This document shows, piece after piece, positions 9,366 to 19,134 of a DNA stretch of 64,000 bases. Made by a program: the position numbers and the translations under genes. Positions within the stretch are counted from its first letter, which is position 1, and each line of letters starts with the position of its first letter. The notes under the pieces were generated by a model. That model ran no database searches and was not told where the DNA came from. It worked only from the letters and a program-made list of their open reading frames with translations. This DNA comes from Spirochaetia bacterium. Lineage in GTDB: Bacteria > Spirochaetota > Spirochaetia > DSM-2461. The stretch is taken from positions 544,001-608,000 of the forward strand of contig CAXXIA010000002.1 of the NCBI GenBank assembly GCA_963666985.2. The letters run 5' to 3'.

Positions 9366-10910
9366 ATGGATCTTTCGACATATCGCAAAAAAATTGAAGG
9401 CTGCTGGATGGGCAAAAACATCGGCGGCACCCTGGGCATGCCCATGGAATGGGAACGCAGCCGGAACGACGTGACCTACTATACCCACGACCTCACCGGG
9501 GAGCCTTTACCGAACGACGACCTGGACATCCAGATCCTCTGGCTCATAGCCCTCGAGGATCGCGGTTTTCTCCTCGATGAGAAAGACTTGGGCGAGTACT
9601 TCAACGAATTTATGGTCTTCACTCACGCCGAGTACGGGACTGCGAAGGTCAACCTGAGTTCAGGACTGCTGCCGCCGGTATCCGGCAGCTTCAACAACGA
9701 CTTCAAGGACAGTTGCGGATCCTTCATCCGCTCGGAGATTTGGGCATGCCTCTTCCCCGGAAGACCGGAAATCGCCGCGAGATACGCCTTCATGGACGCG
9801 GTTGTGGATCACGGTGACGGAGAAGGAGTGTACGCGGAAATTTTTATCGCCGCGATGGAGAGCGCCGCTTTCTACGAGAATGACGTCCGGACACTCATCG
9901 ACATCGGGCTCTCCTATATACCCGAGGACTGTGCCGTTTCCGAAGTCGTCGGGAAAGCGATTGAGACCTTCGATGGGGGCATGTCGGAAGACGAAAGCCG
10001 CGACTTCATCATGAAAAATTACGCAGGTCACCTGGAATGGCACTACATCTCCCCGGAAGATGAAGAGAAAGGATACGCCGAAGGGAAAATGGGATGGGAC
10101 GTCCCCTCCAACATCATGATCATCATCTACGCCCTCCTGTACGGCGGAGACGACTTCGAGAGGTCGGTCTGCTCGGCGGTCCACTACGGCGAGGACTCGG
10201 ATTGCACCGCCGGGACCATCGCATCGCTCTTCGGAATCCGGTACGGCGTGGATTTTTTCTCCGAAAAATGGACGAAGCCCATCGGGCGGAAAATAGTCAC
10301 ATGCAGCATCGATCCCTTCAGGATGCTGGACAGAATCCCCAAGTCGATCGACGAGATGACCGAGAGAATCCTCGTCCAGCGCAAAGAAGCCGTCCGGTTC
10401 CTGATGTTGGAAGAAGGGCCTTCCGAGCCTCTGACGGCTTCGAATCACTTCCGGAATATTTATGACGAGATGCGGACGATCCGCTACAAATCTCCCTACT
10501 TGAATGTCCGGCTGGACTACCTCGGCGACCCTGTTCTGGAAAAAGGCCGGGGAAAAACCGTCCGGTTTATCCTTTCCAACACCTCGAGGAGCATCAGTTC
10601 GCAGCGGGTGAACGTCCACATCCACACCAAGGGAGCTTTCCGGATCTCGCCGTCGAAGAGCGTCGGGGTTTTTCTGACGATGGCGCACATGGGCTCGGGT
10701 ATCAAAGCCGTGGAGTTCACCATCGATTTGGCCGAAGAGGAGCCTGAGAGAACCCGGTATGAATTCTTGGCGGAATTCCGCTTCGAAGACTCGCGGATCG
10801 GCCGGATCCTGGTTGTCCCTTTCGTCCTTCTCAACGAGACGGGAACGACGCTTCCGGTGAAATGGGAAAAACGCGGTCCTCGCTCGAGCCCCAACATGCC
10901 CCGGATCTGA
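9366..10910 (+). CDS. ADP-ribosylglycohydrolase-family protein with C-terminal beta-rich extension
   Basis: GCWMGKNIGGTLGMPME, NDDLD, IRSEIWACLFPGRP, GEDSDCTAGT metal-binding motifs. Confidence 0.85.
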   Translation: MDLSTYRKKIEGCWMGKNIGGTLGMPMEWERSRNDVTYYTHDLTGEPLPNDDLDIQILWLIALEDRGFLLDEKDLGEYFNEFMVFTHAEYGTAKVNLSSGLLPPVSGSFNNDFKDSCGSFIRSEIWACLFPGRPEIAARYAFMDAVVDHGDGEGVYAEIFIAAMESAAFYENDVRTLIDIGLSYIPEDCAVSEVVGKAIETFDGGMSEDESRDFIMKNYAGHLEWHYISPEDEEKGYAEGKMGWDVPSNIMIIIYALLYGGDDFERSVCSAVHYGEDSDCTAGTIASLFGIRYGVDFFSEKWTKPIGRKIVTCSIDPFRMLDRIPKSIDEMTERILVQRKEAVRFLMLEEGPSEPLTASNHFRNIYDEMRTIRYKSPYLNVRLDYLGDPVLEKGRGKTVRFILSNTSRSISSQRVNVHIHTKGAFRISPSKSVGVFLTMAHMGSGIKAVEFTIDLAEEEPERTRYEFLAEFRFEDSRIGRILVVPFVLLNETGTTLPVKWEKRGPRSSPNMPRI

Positions 10911-10915
10911 GGAAC

Positions 10916-10954
10916 TCGGCCCCCGGGATGGTTCAACGGCTTTCCCGGAGCCGA
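10916..10954. terminator. Imperfect hairpin between convergent genes
   Basis: tcggc..ccggga / tcccgg.gccga; no clear U-tract. Confidence 0.35.
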
Positions 10955-11087
10955 AAAAGCCCCCGTATAAGTTTCCCCGATATAAAAAGATCTATTTACA
11001 TCTCGAATTCTTCAAGGAACTTGATGAGATAATAAAAAGCCAAAGAACTTCTTTGTGTAAATTCTTTATTCTATGGCGAAAAAATGC

Positions 11088-14000
11088 TTATTTCACCCAG
11101 ACGATTTCCAATAGAGGAACTTCCCATTCATCCGGATAATTCTCTGTACCGGAATCCGAAAATTCCTTCCGCCAAATAATAATCGAATGGACACGAGCCG
11201 ATCGCACGGAGTCGAGACGATCTTCCCATTGACGGCCGACGGCTTCAGACAAAAAACCGATTTTTTCGCCCTGGGCATTTGTGACCAAAATACGCTTGTC
11301 CTGCGGCCGTTTTACCAGAGAAACCGCCGATCCGCTTTGGAGCCCGGCAATCCGTTGCCTGATGTTATCGGTATCGTGGGCAACGGCAGGATAGTCGATC
11401 CAAACAGAAGATAAATCCAGCTGTGAATAACACTGACTTAACTCATTATCAGATGGTTCGGGCAAAACTCCCACTTTATAACGTTCTATAGCCTTCCCCT
11501 GAAGTTTCGAAGTATACGGATTCTGAATACCTTCGAGTTCATAGAGTGTCAGGGTTTTTCGGGCACGTGTCATGCCTACGTAATAAGGCCGACGCTCTTC
11601 TTCCTGTTTCTCTGTGGTTCGCGGCCCTATCCAATTACCCAGAATAAAGACATGATCAAACTCCAAGCCTTTGGCAGCGTACACAGTAGAAAGATAGACC
11701 GAGTGTTCGGAACCTCCGAAACGCCCGTATTCATGAATCGCCTCATAGAGGAAATCAACCGCTTCTTTTGGCGTAGTCGCGTAGTTGTTGGTTTCCTCTC
11801 TCCACTGAATCAAGAACTCATCGAGCATGAGATTCCAAGGATTTTCTCTGTCGCAGCCATGACAATCAAGAAGTTCCCGCCTCAATTCTTCCGCCGTCAC
11901 AGCGGCCTGATCCAAGTTCTTGAGGTGTTTGATGAAAGCCTGGAATTCTCGAAGCCTATGAAGTGGAACCCTATTACTGCGTTCAGCCGCCATAGAAGAC
12001 GGAATCTCTGAATATTCCAACGCTGCGCGAATGGCGTCCAACTCTTCGTTTGTTCGCGACAATACGGCAACGCTTTTTCCGTCTTTATAGCGGTCTCTGA
12101 TTTCCTGTAAAACATGGCGCGCCTGATTGAAGGCATCCGGGCATCTGATAATCCGGACCGGCTCGCCGGGTGAATCTCGCCTCCGCGCTTTGTTGATCTG
12201 TATCGGATGCTCGGTTTTCATCCGATCGCGGTTCAGTGCAATCAACTGGTTGGAAACGTCGATGATATTTCCAGTGGATCGGTAATTCTCAACAAGATAG
12301 TAAAGTCGGGCATCGTAATCCTGCTCGAACCGGCGGATGAACCGTACATTGGCACCGCGAAAAGCATAAATACTTTGATCATCATCTCCCACCGCAAGAA
12401 TGGAAAGTCTGGCGTCCTCGTTCTCAGAATCCAGGGTTCGTCCCGCGATTGCCGAGATCATCTCATACTGCGCTTCATCGATATCCTGGTACTCGTCAAT
12501 GAGAATGTGACGGTAGCCGGCCAAAAGTCGCTCCCGCATCTCATCTCGCTCAAGACCGGGAATATCACACTCACCGCGTAACATGGCTGTCGCTTGGGGA
12601 ATCAGACGATCCAGATCAAAAGACTCTTTATGACTTTCCAGATGTGCGGATAAAGAAGCACCAACCAAACGCATCGCGAGCCCGTGATAGGTCTGGATGG
12701 TAACGCCTGCCGCATCTTTACCGACCAGTTCGTAAATACGTTTTCTGAGACTGATCGCCGCGGCACGGTTGAAGCATACCACCAGAATCTCTCGAGGACG
12801 GACTCGTTCAACCCGCAGCAGATAGGCGCATCGATGAGCGATAACCCGGGTCTTCCCTGAACCGGGACCGGCCAACACCAGCATATTACGATCCGCTTTA
12901 GCCGAGACTACCGACACCTGGACGCTATTGTTCAGCTCATCAACGATGTTCTGGTAGGACTCCGCACTGGTGGCCCGCTCCAGCATTTCCTCATCCCCTG
13001 GGAAGTACCGTTCAACGAACTCATGTTTGTCCAAAGTAAAATATGCCAGGGACAGGTTCACTGCATCCTGAATCTTATCCAGCCCAAGGGATGCGTAGCG
13101 GTTCATGACATGGATCTGGAAGTTGCGTTCTCTGTAATGCTCTTTGAGAGAAGAAAAATCACCTTCGGTAAAACGCCGTCCTTTTGCACTGGGGAGTATG
13201 CTGATGGTCATGGCGGAACGGAACACCGCCAGTCCCTGTTGAAGAATGATGCAGCGCTGCTCATGGAGAAACAGTAATCCGCGCTCAATGGCCGAACCGA
13301 AATCATAAATCTTCGCGGCAGCAAACATGTCGGATCTGAGAGCCGCCAGCAGGTCACTCTCGCCGAACGTCACCAAATACTCACCGCCGGAGCCCTGGGG
13401 AACCTTGGCGGTAATTGTGTTTAGTACGATGCTCGCGACTTGTTGTCTCCGTTCGGCGGTCTCCCGCAGATCATTCCAAGATCGCTGGAATTTAACCCCA
13501 TAGTGATCCTTATCACGATACTTCAGAGCAATGCTGCCTTGGCGGCCGGCCAAGCCCTGACCGTCCATGGCGAGACTTTTAAGAAGGTTGCGCAGGGACT
13601 CAGGTGCGCTTGTGTAGCCATCATCGATTAAACGCTGATTCAATCGGCGAAGGTTCAAAACCATCCACCCTTCGAGGTCATCTTCCTCTTCGCTCATCAG
13701 ATTGATCATAGCCATTTCCAGAGTGCAAACCTCGGACAACAGTTTGTCGGAAGCATTCGTACAGCGCACTTTGACATAGGCGCTGAGCAACGTGTCCTTC
13801 TTCACCAATCCGGCTTGAACCATGTCGTTCAATATTCGCAGTACCGGCAAAGTGTCGTGCTGCAGCCCTCTTTTCTCAGAGAACTCCCGATTGAGGGCCA
13901 TGGACGGCAGTTCCGCCAATTCGTCTGCGCTGAGGGCTTGGTTCGGATCACGATGGAAGAGCTTCTCCATAATCTCTGTCCATTGTCGTTTCGAAGTGTC

Positions 14001-16184
14001 AGAAAAATCATCTCGCGCTTGTATCTTCTCGAGAGCCGCTTCCAGATTCGGCACGAGCGGCCGAACCTGAATAACGTTGGTTCGGTTCTCATTACGCTCG
14101 ACGAAGCTGCCTCGCTCCAGAACGGAAACCGCGGTGTTGACCTTGGTGGCTGCCATCGGGTCATCCGTATCAAATTCGGTTTCAACCTCCTCATCCCGAA
14201 GAATTTCACCCGAAGTAATGATTACCGTGTTGTTTTCATCCCGCTTGGAACGCCGTAATCCTTTAAGGATTTGAGCGATGTCATTCCGTGTCAGCCGTGA
14301 AGAAGCGCTGAGTGAAAACTGGGTTTCAATATCCTTTTCATCGTAAAGCAGCACGCATTGGGCGGCCTTCCGGTCCCGACCTGCACGCCCTGCTTCCTGG
14401 AGATAGTTTTCCAGTGAACCGGGAATATCGGCATGAACCACCAAACGGACATTTTCTTTATCTATGCCCATCCCAAAAGCGTTCGTGGCACAAATATGAT
14501 TGATGTCCCCGGCGATAAAACCATCCTGAATCCGCTTTTTTTCAGGTGGAACCAAGCCTGCATGAAAGGCTTCAGCGGCAAGATTGGAATGTTGAAGCCA
14601 TTCGGCCATCTCTTCGGTTTTGGCACGAGTGGCACAATAGACCACCGAGGCCCCATCTTCCGGCACGCGTTCTTCCAGTAATTGCAGAACCCGCGCTTTC
14701 TTCTCCGCGGAATTAACCATTTGGACTTCGAAATCCAAATTGGTCCGCTCCGCCCCACCGTCGTAGGTTTTCAGCTTCTGCCCCAGCTCCGTCCGGAAAT
14801 GCTGAAGGATTTCCTCAATGACATCGTGCTTAGCCGTAGCGGTGAAGCAGGCCACGGGAGGATTTTCGACATGCTGATAATCGGCCAATTCACGAATGAA
14901 GCGAGATGCATAGAGATAATCCGGTCGGAAGGAATGCCCCCAGCGCGACAGACAGTGAGCTTCATCGAATACCCAGCAGCCGATTTCTCTCTGTTGAACC
15001 AATTTCCGAAAGGAAGCATTTCGCAGCTGCTCGGGAGAAACGTATAGAAGTGCGATATCTCCCAGCCGAACTCGCTCGAAGACATTTCCACGTTCCGGTG
15101 GAGTCAGCATGCCGTATAAGGCGGCGGCAAAATCATACCCGATAATCCGATTGAGATTGTCGACCTGATCCTTCATCAGGGCTTGTAAAGGCGATATAAC
15201 AATTGTAAGAACACCACGTCTCTGATTTCGTACAAGCGCCGGAAGCTGAAAACAAAGCGACTTCCCGCCACCGGTAGGTAGGATGGCGAGAATCGGCTCG
15301 TTGTTCATTCCACTTCGAACGATCGCTTCCTGCAGGCTTCCTCCATCCGGCAAAGAGGGTTCCGCCCGAAAATCCTCGAACTTAAAAAAGTGCCGGAGCT
15401 GAGCCTGTGGATTATGATTAACTCGGCAGTATTCGCAATCCGAACCATCACATACTATTTCCCGCAATTGGCGGACGATATTCACCACCTCAGGGAAGCG
15501 ATACCGCACCCATGGAGGTAAGACGGAATTGGCACCTGCTACACGCAGCCAGGAAAGTGCATAGGCCGCCGATTCACGTTCGTACAGCTCCATCCTTTGA
15601 GCGGCGATTCCACATCCATACTTGGCGGCAAACTCCTGAAAGAATGTAAGAGCTTCCCGATCGTTGAAGGCACGTATTTCCATGGCCTGGAAAAGCGGCT
15701 CCATGCTCCCGTTAAATGCCCACGCAAAAAACCGCATCAACGACTCATCGGAGGCTTTTAGTTCCTCAAAGACTTCAAACTGATCGCAGAAGAGAATCGC
15801 GGCGGTTTGAGCATCCTCGACAGGATCGTTGAGAGAAGAACTGACTAATTTGTAATCCTTCACCAGATGATGATACGGATTCTTTGGGAAGGCTATTGGA
15901 GATAGAAAGAGGGTGTCGATGACTGAAAGATCATGCAGTGCAAGGTTCGGATATTGCTTTTTCAGGATTGGCAGATCGTGATCGAGGATATTGTGGCCAA
16001 GCACGAACTGTAGGCCATCACAGAGTCTATTGAGCGCTTGCTCAACATCCGAACGCTTGAATCGGCCCTTAAAATATAGTCTCTCTTTTCCTGAAATCGC
16101 CCCGATCTTGAGTATGGAGCCATCGGGGGCGGTCTCCAAATCCAATAACAGGCTCGAATCCAGAATCGTCTTGTGACAATCCAT
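11088..16184 (-). CDS. Multidomain DEDD-exonuclease-like / Zn-finger / RecQ (SF2) helicase / UvrD (SF1) helicase fusion
   Basis: N-terminal DLE..GHNILDHD..IDTL..DPVEDA; CxxxxCxxCxxxH. RecQ motifs LPTGGGKS, SPLQALMKDQV, DEAHCLSRWGHSFRPDY, TATA, ATNAFGMGID, QEAGRAGRD. UvrD motifs AGPGSGKT, DEYQD, VGDDDQSIYAFRGA, NYRS, AKGLEFD, YVGMTRA. Confidence 0.92.
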   Translation of the reverse strand: MDCHKTILDSSLLLDLETAPDGSILKIGAISGKERLYFKGRFKRSDVEQALNRLCDGLQFVLGHNILDHDLPILKKQYPNLALHDLSVIDTLFLSPIAFPKNPYHHLVKDYKLVSSSLNDPVEDAQTAAILFCDQFEVFEELKASDESLMRFFAWAFNGSMEPLFQAMEIRAFNDREALTFFQEFAAKYGCGIAAQRMELYERESAAYALSWLRVAGANSVLPPWVRYRFPEVVNIVRQLREIVCDGSDCEYCRVNHNPQAQLRHFFKFEDFRAEPSLPDGGSLQEAIVRSGMNNEPILAILPTGGGKSLCFQLPALVRNQRRGVLTIVISPLQALMKDQVDNLNRIIGYDFAAALYGMLTPPERGNVFERVRLGDIALLYVSPEQLRNASFRKLVQQREIGCWVFDEAHCLSRWGHSFRPDYLYASRFIRELADYQHVENPPVACFTATAKHDVIEEILQHFRTELGQKLKTYDGGAERTNLDFEVQMVNSAEKKARVLQLLEERVPEDGASVVYCATRAKTEEMAEWLQHSNLAAEAFHAGLVPPEKKRIQDGFIAGDINHICATNAFGMGIDKENVRLVVHADIPGSLENYLQEAGRAGRDRKAAQCVLLYDEKDIETQFSLSASSRLTRNDIAQILKGLRRSKRDENNTVIITSGEILRDEEVETEFDTDDPMAATKVNTAVSVLERGSFVERNENRTNVIQVRPLVPNLEAALEKIQARDDFSDTSKRQWTEIMEKLFHRDPNQALSADELAELPSMALNREFSEKRGLQHDTLPVLRILNDMVQAGLVKKDTLLSAYVKVRCTNASDKLLSEVCTLEMAMINLMSEEEDDLEGWMVLNLRRLNQRLIDDGYTSAPESLRNLLKSLAMDGQGLAGRQGSIALKYRDKDHYGVKFQRSWNDLRETAERRQQVASIVLNTITAKVPQGSGGEYLVTFGESDLLAALRSDMFAAAKIYDFGSAIERGLLFLHEQRCIILQQGLAVFRSAMTISILPSAKGRRFTEGDFSSLKEHYRERNFQIHVMNRYASLGLDKIQDAVNLSLAYFTLDKHEFVERYFPGDEEMLERATSAESYQNIVDELNNSVQVSVVSAKADRNMLVLAGPGSGKTRVIAHRCAYLLRVERVRPREILVVCFNRAAAISLRKRIYELVGKDAAGVTIQTYHGLAMRLVGASLSAHLESHKESFDLDRLIPQATAMLRGECDIPGLERDEMRERLLAGYRHILIDEYQDIDEAQYEMISAIAGRTLDSENEDARLSILAVGDDDQSIYAFRGANVRFIRRFEQDYDARLYYLVENYRSTGNIIDVSNQLIALNRDRMKTEHPIQINKARRRDSPGEPVRIIRCPDAFNQARHVLQEIRDRYKDGKSVAVLSRTNEELDAIRAALEYSEIPSSMAAERSNRVPLHRLREFQAFIKHLKNLDQAAVTAEELRRELLDCHGCDRENPWNLMLDEFLIQWREETNNYATTPKEAVDFLYEAIHEYGRFGGSEHSVYLSTVYAAKGLEFDHVFILGNWIGPRTTEKQEEERRPYYVGMTRARKTLTLYELEGIQNPYTSKLQGKAIERYKVGVLPEPSDNELSQCYSQLDLSSVWIDYPAVAHDTDNIRQRIAGLQSGSAVSLVKRPQDKRILVTNAQGEKIGFLSEAVGRQWEDRLDSVRSARVHSIIIWRKEFSDSGTENYPDEWEVPLLEIVWVK

Positions 16185-16481
16185 TCCAATAGAACGGTAT
16201 AATGAACAAGCTCATAAATCCACTCAAAAAAGTTAACCCTTCGGGATTTACCTATGAAATCAAGAATCCTCGACTGAATTAAGAGAAATCCAAAAATGAC
16301 TTGTTAAAATATGATTCCTCTATTAACGGCTGCTAAGTCTAGGCCCTGTTCACACAAGCAGAGAATCCATCGAAAAACTTTTCTATTCAAATTACACCTG
16401 AACAGTTTTCTTTAATCAAAGATTCACATTCTTGCGGCCTGGCCTCAAGCAGCCATAGCCTTCACATTGTTCTCCGGCGGC

Positions 16482-17348
16482 TCAGCCGAGCATATATCGG
16501 GAAAACAGTAAGGCATCATGCGCAGCTTGATCCATCTGAGATTCATCGGCATTATCGCTCAAATCACGCCATACTTTGATATCGCTGCCGACGGTGCCGC
16601 CCTTTTTTACAAACGGTTCCATTACTACCGTGCCCTGATATCCGATATCCCGGAGAGCTTCACCGATTTCCCGCCAGGGAATGCGCCCTTTCCCCGGAAC
16701 TTTTCGATTACACTCACCGGTGTGAAGATGTCCCAAGAACCGACCGGCCGTCCGAATAGCTCCGGCGAAACTGTCTTCTTCGATATTCATATGAAAAGTA
16801 TCAAGCATTACCTTTACATTCTCTTTTCCCACTTCAGTAACATAAGCGACTCCTTCTTCCGCGGTATTGAGAATATGATTTTCAAATCTGTTGAGTACTT
16901 CCAGGCAAAGAGTAATATCAAGATTGGCCGCATAGTCGGCCATTGCACGGATTTCGACAATTCCCCTCTCCCGATCCCCCTCTTTATCTATGGGTTTTGA
17001 GTAATCCACCGGCCAGTATGAATACAGAGCTCCGCCGATTAATCGAACATTTATCCGAGCCAGTTTGTCCAAAGTTTTCTTGAAAAAGCTGCGTCCCGCC
17101 GTCCGAATATGCTCATCCGCGGACGAAAGATTTTGATCTGCGGCAGGACCGATGCCCGCCGTCAGCATGATTCCATAATCCTCCGAGCACTTTCGGATGT
17201 CATCAAGTTCGGAATCGGAATAACTCAATATATGGTGAGCCGCAATCTCAAGAATATCAAAACCGATTTGAGAAGCCTTCTTGATATAATGAAGATAATT
17301 ACCGTTCCATTCCCGCTCCCAGAAGGCATAATAGATTCCGTGTTTCAT
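16482..17348 (-). CDS. dpe: D-psicose (D-allulose)/D-tagatose 3-epimerase
   Basis: MKHGIYYAFWE N-terminus; metal/catalytic motifs LEVLNRFE, LDTFHMNIEE, HLHTGE.NR..PG.G, VMEPF, IKVWRD. Confidence 0.9.
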   Translation of the reverse strand: MKHGIYYAFWEREWNGNYLHYIKKASQIGFDILEIAAHHILSYSDSELDDIRKCSEDYGIMLTAGIGPAADQNLSSADEHIRTAGRSFFKKTLDKLARINVRLIGGALYSYWPVDYSKPIDKEGDRERGIVEIRAMADYAANLDITLCLEVLNRFENHILNTAEEGVAYVTEVGKENVKVMLDTFHMNIEEDSFAGAIRTAGRFLGHLHTGECNRKVPGKGRIPWREIGEALRDIGYQGTVVMEPFVKKGGTVGSDIKVWRDLSDNADESQMDQAAHDALLFSRYMLG

Positions 17349-17352
17349 ACTG

Positions 17353-18150
17353 TTAGCGGATACCTCCGGAAATAGGAATATTCACACCGGTAACATAAGA
17401 GGACGAATCACTCATCAAATATTCGACCGTACCGGGGATTTCATCGATACCGCCATATCGTCTCATAGGAACCGAATTGATCATCTGTTCGGCTACGATT
17501 TCCGGATTGGAATCGAAATACTGAGAGCCGACTTTTGCTTGAAGCTCAACCTGACGTTTCCACATAAAGCCGGGTCCCATGAATGCGGGAGATATCGCAT
17601 TAACACGAATTCCAAAAGGAGCCAAATCCTTTGCCGCCGATTGAGTCATTCCGATAACCGCGGCTTTGCTGGCACCGTAAGCAATCATGTTAGGAGGCCC
17701 GTCGACTCCCGCCATGCTCGCGGTATTGACGATGCACCCTTTTTTTCTGGAAACCATATGGCGGGAAACAACCTGAAGAACGTTAAAAACACCGATTATA
17801 TTCACGTGAACAACACGCTGAAAATCATCCGCGGGATAAAGATGAGTCATCGCGAATTCACCCTGATACCCGGCATTATTAAAGAGATAATCAATATGCA
17901 TTTCATCAGATTCAATCCGGGAAATAACCGATTCGACACTTTTGATATCGGTAACATCGGCGATATAGGAATAAGCGATTCCGCCCGCTTCTTCCAATTC
18001 CCGTTTACAGTTCTTCAACTTTTCGGTGTTAATATCCATCATCAGAATCCCGATACCGCGGGATGCGAATCTCTTTGCCACGGCCATTCCGATATCACCG
18101 GCGGCACCGGTTACCAAAAGCCACTCTTTTTGCCGATTCTCCACTGTCAT
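17353..18150 (-). CDS. Short-chain dehydrogenase, xylitol/polyol dehydrogenase-like
   Basis: TGAAGDIG, NNAGYQG, YGASK; GPGFMWKRQVELQAKVGSQYF closely recalls Gluconobacter xylitol dehydrogenase. True start may be GTG 18144 given RBS spacing. Confidence 0.85.
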   Translation of the reverse strand: MTVENRQKEWLLVTGAAGDIGMAVAKRFASRGIGILMMDINTEKLKNCKRELEEAGGIAYSYIADVTDIKSVESVISRIESDEMHIDYLFNNAGYQGEFAMTHLYPADDFQRVVHVNIIGVFNVLQVVSRHMVSRKKGCIVNTASMAGVDGPPNMIAYGASKAAVIGMTQSAAKDLAPFGIRVNAISPAFMGPGFMWKRQVELQAKVGSQYFDSNPEIVAEQMINSVPMRRYGGIDEIPGTVEYLMSDSSSYVTGVNIPISGGIR

Positions 18151-18180
18151 CTCCTCGTCGTTCGTCAGCCGACGGATAAT

Positions 18181-19134
18181 TTATTCGTATAGAGTACAGG
18201 CTACAAAATGATTTTCTTCAACCTCAACCATCGGGATTTCACGATTTTTACAGCATTCACGGACCTTGGGGCAGCGGGCGGCGAATCGGCAGCCGGGCTT
18301 GGGCTCGATCGGGCTTGTGAGTTCTCCGCGCATGATGTTTTCCATCATTTTTTCTTCGCTCAGACGAGGCACGGGTATGGCCGCCAGAAGACCTTGAGTA
18401 TAGGGATGAAGCGGATTCTTAAAAACCTCTTTCGTTACGGCCGATTCAACGCACTGCCCGAGATACATCACGGCGATATCATGGCTGATATGTTTCACAA
18501 CGCTCAAATCATGGGTAATGAACATATAAGCGATACCCTTTTCCTCCTGCAAATCCATAAGCAGGTTAAGAATCTGAGCCTGGATCGAAACGTCCAGCGC
18601 GGAAACGGGTTCATCACAGACAACGAAGTCGGGATTCAGCGCAAGTGCTCGGGCGATACCGATACGCTGCCGCCGTCCACCGTCCAATTCATGCGGATAG
18701 CTGTTCATGTACCGGCTCGCAATGCCGACGGTATCCATAAGGTTCTTAACCTTTTCGTTATACTCGTTTTTATCCGTGTACGCTTTATAAATCCGGAGAG
18801 GTTCGCCGATGAGTTCACCGACGGAATTACGCGGGTCCAGCGAAGAAAAGGGATCTTGGAAGATCAGCTGCATTTTCGGACGAATGTGATGCATTCTCTT
18901 CCGCCCGAACTCCAGAATATTCTCGCCTCGAAACAACACCTCACCTTCGGTAACGTCCAGAAGCCTCAGAATCAGGTTTCCCAAAGTCGTCTTGCCGCAG
19001 CCGGATTCACCCACCACGCCCAGGGTTTTACTTTCATTTATTTCGAAACTGACGTTATCGACGGCATGGAGCATACCTTGAGGTGTTTTGAAGTGCTTCT
19101 TCAAATTCTTTACTTCTAAAAGTGTGTCGCTCAT
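18181..19134 (-). CDS. oppF: Oligopeptide/dipeptide ABC transporter ATP-binding protein (OppF-like)
   Basis: GESGCGKT, LDGGRRQR, CDEPVSALD, HPYT, C-terminal GCRF..RC. Confidence 0.92.
   Translation of the reverse strand: MSDTLLEVKNLKKHFKTPQGMLHAVDNVSFEINESKTLGVVGESGCGKTTLGNLILRLLDVTEGEVLFRGENILEFGRKRMHHIRPKMQLIFQDPFSSLDPRNSVGELIGEPLRIYKAYTDKNEYNEKVKNLMDTVGIASRYMNSYPHELDGGRRQRIGIARALALNPDFVVCDEPVSALDVSIQAQILNLLMDLQEEKGIAYMFITHDLSVVKHISHDIAVMYLGQCVESAVTKEVFKNPLHPYTQGLLAAIPVPRLSEEKMMENIMRGELTSPIEPKPGCRFAARCPKVRECCKNREIPMVEVEENHFVACTLYE

Noticed and set aside
7560..10688. Long antisense and alternate-frame ORFs (7560-8540, 7679-8473, 9660-10688)
   Set aside because: Shadow ORFs over well-supported genes, expected from strong codon bias; no recognisable motifs.
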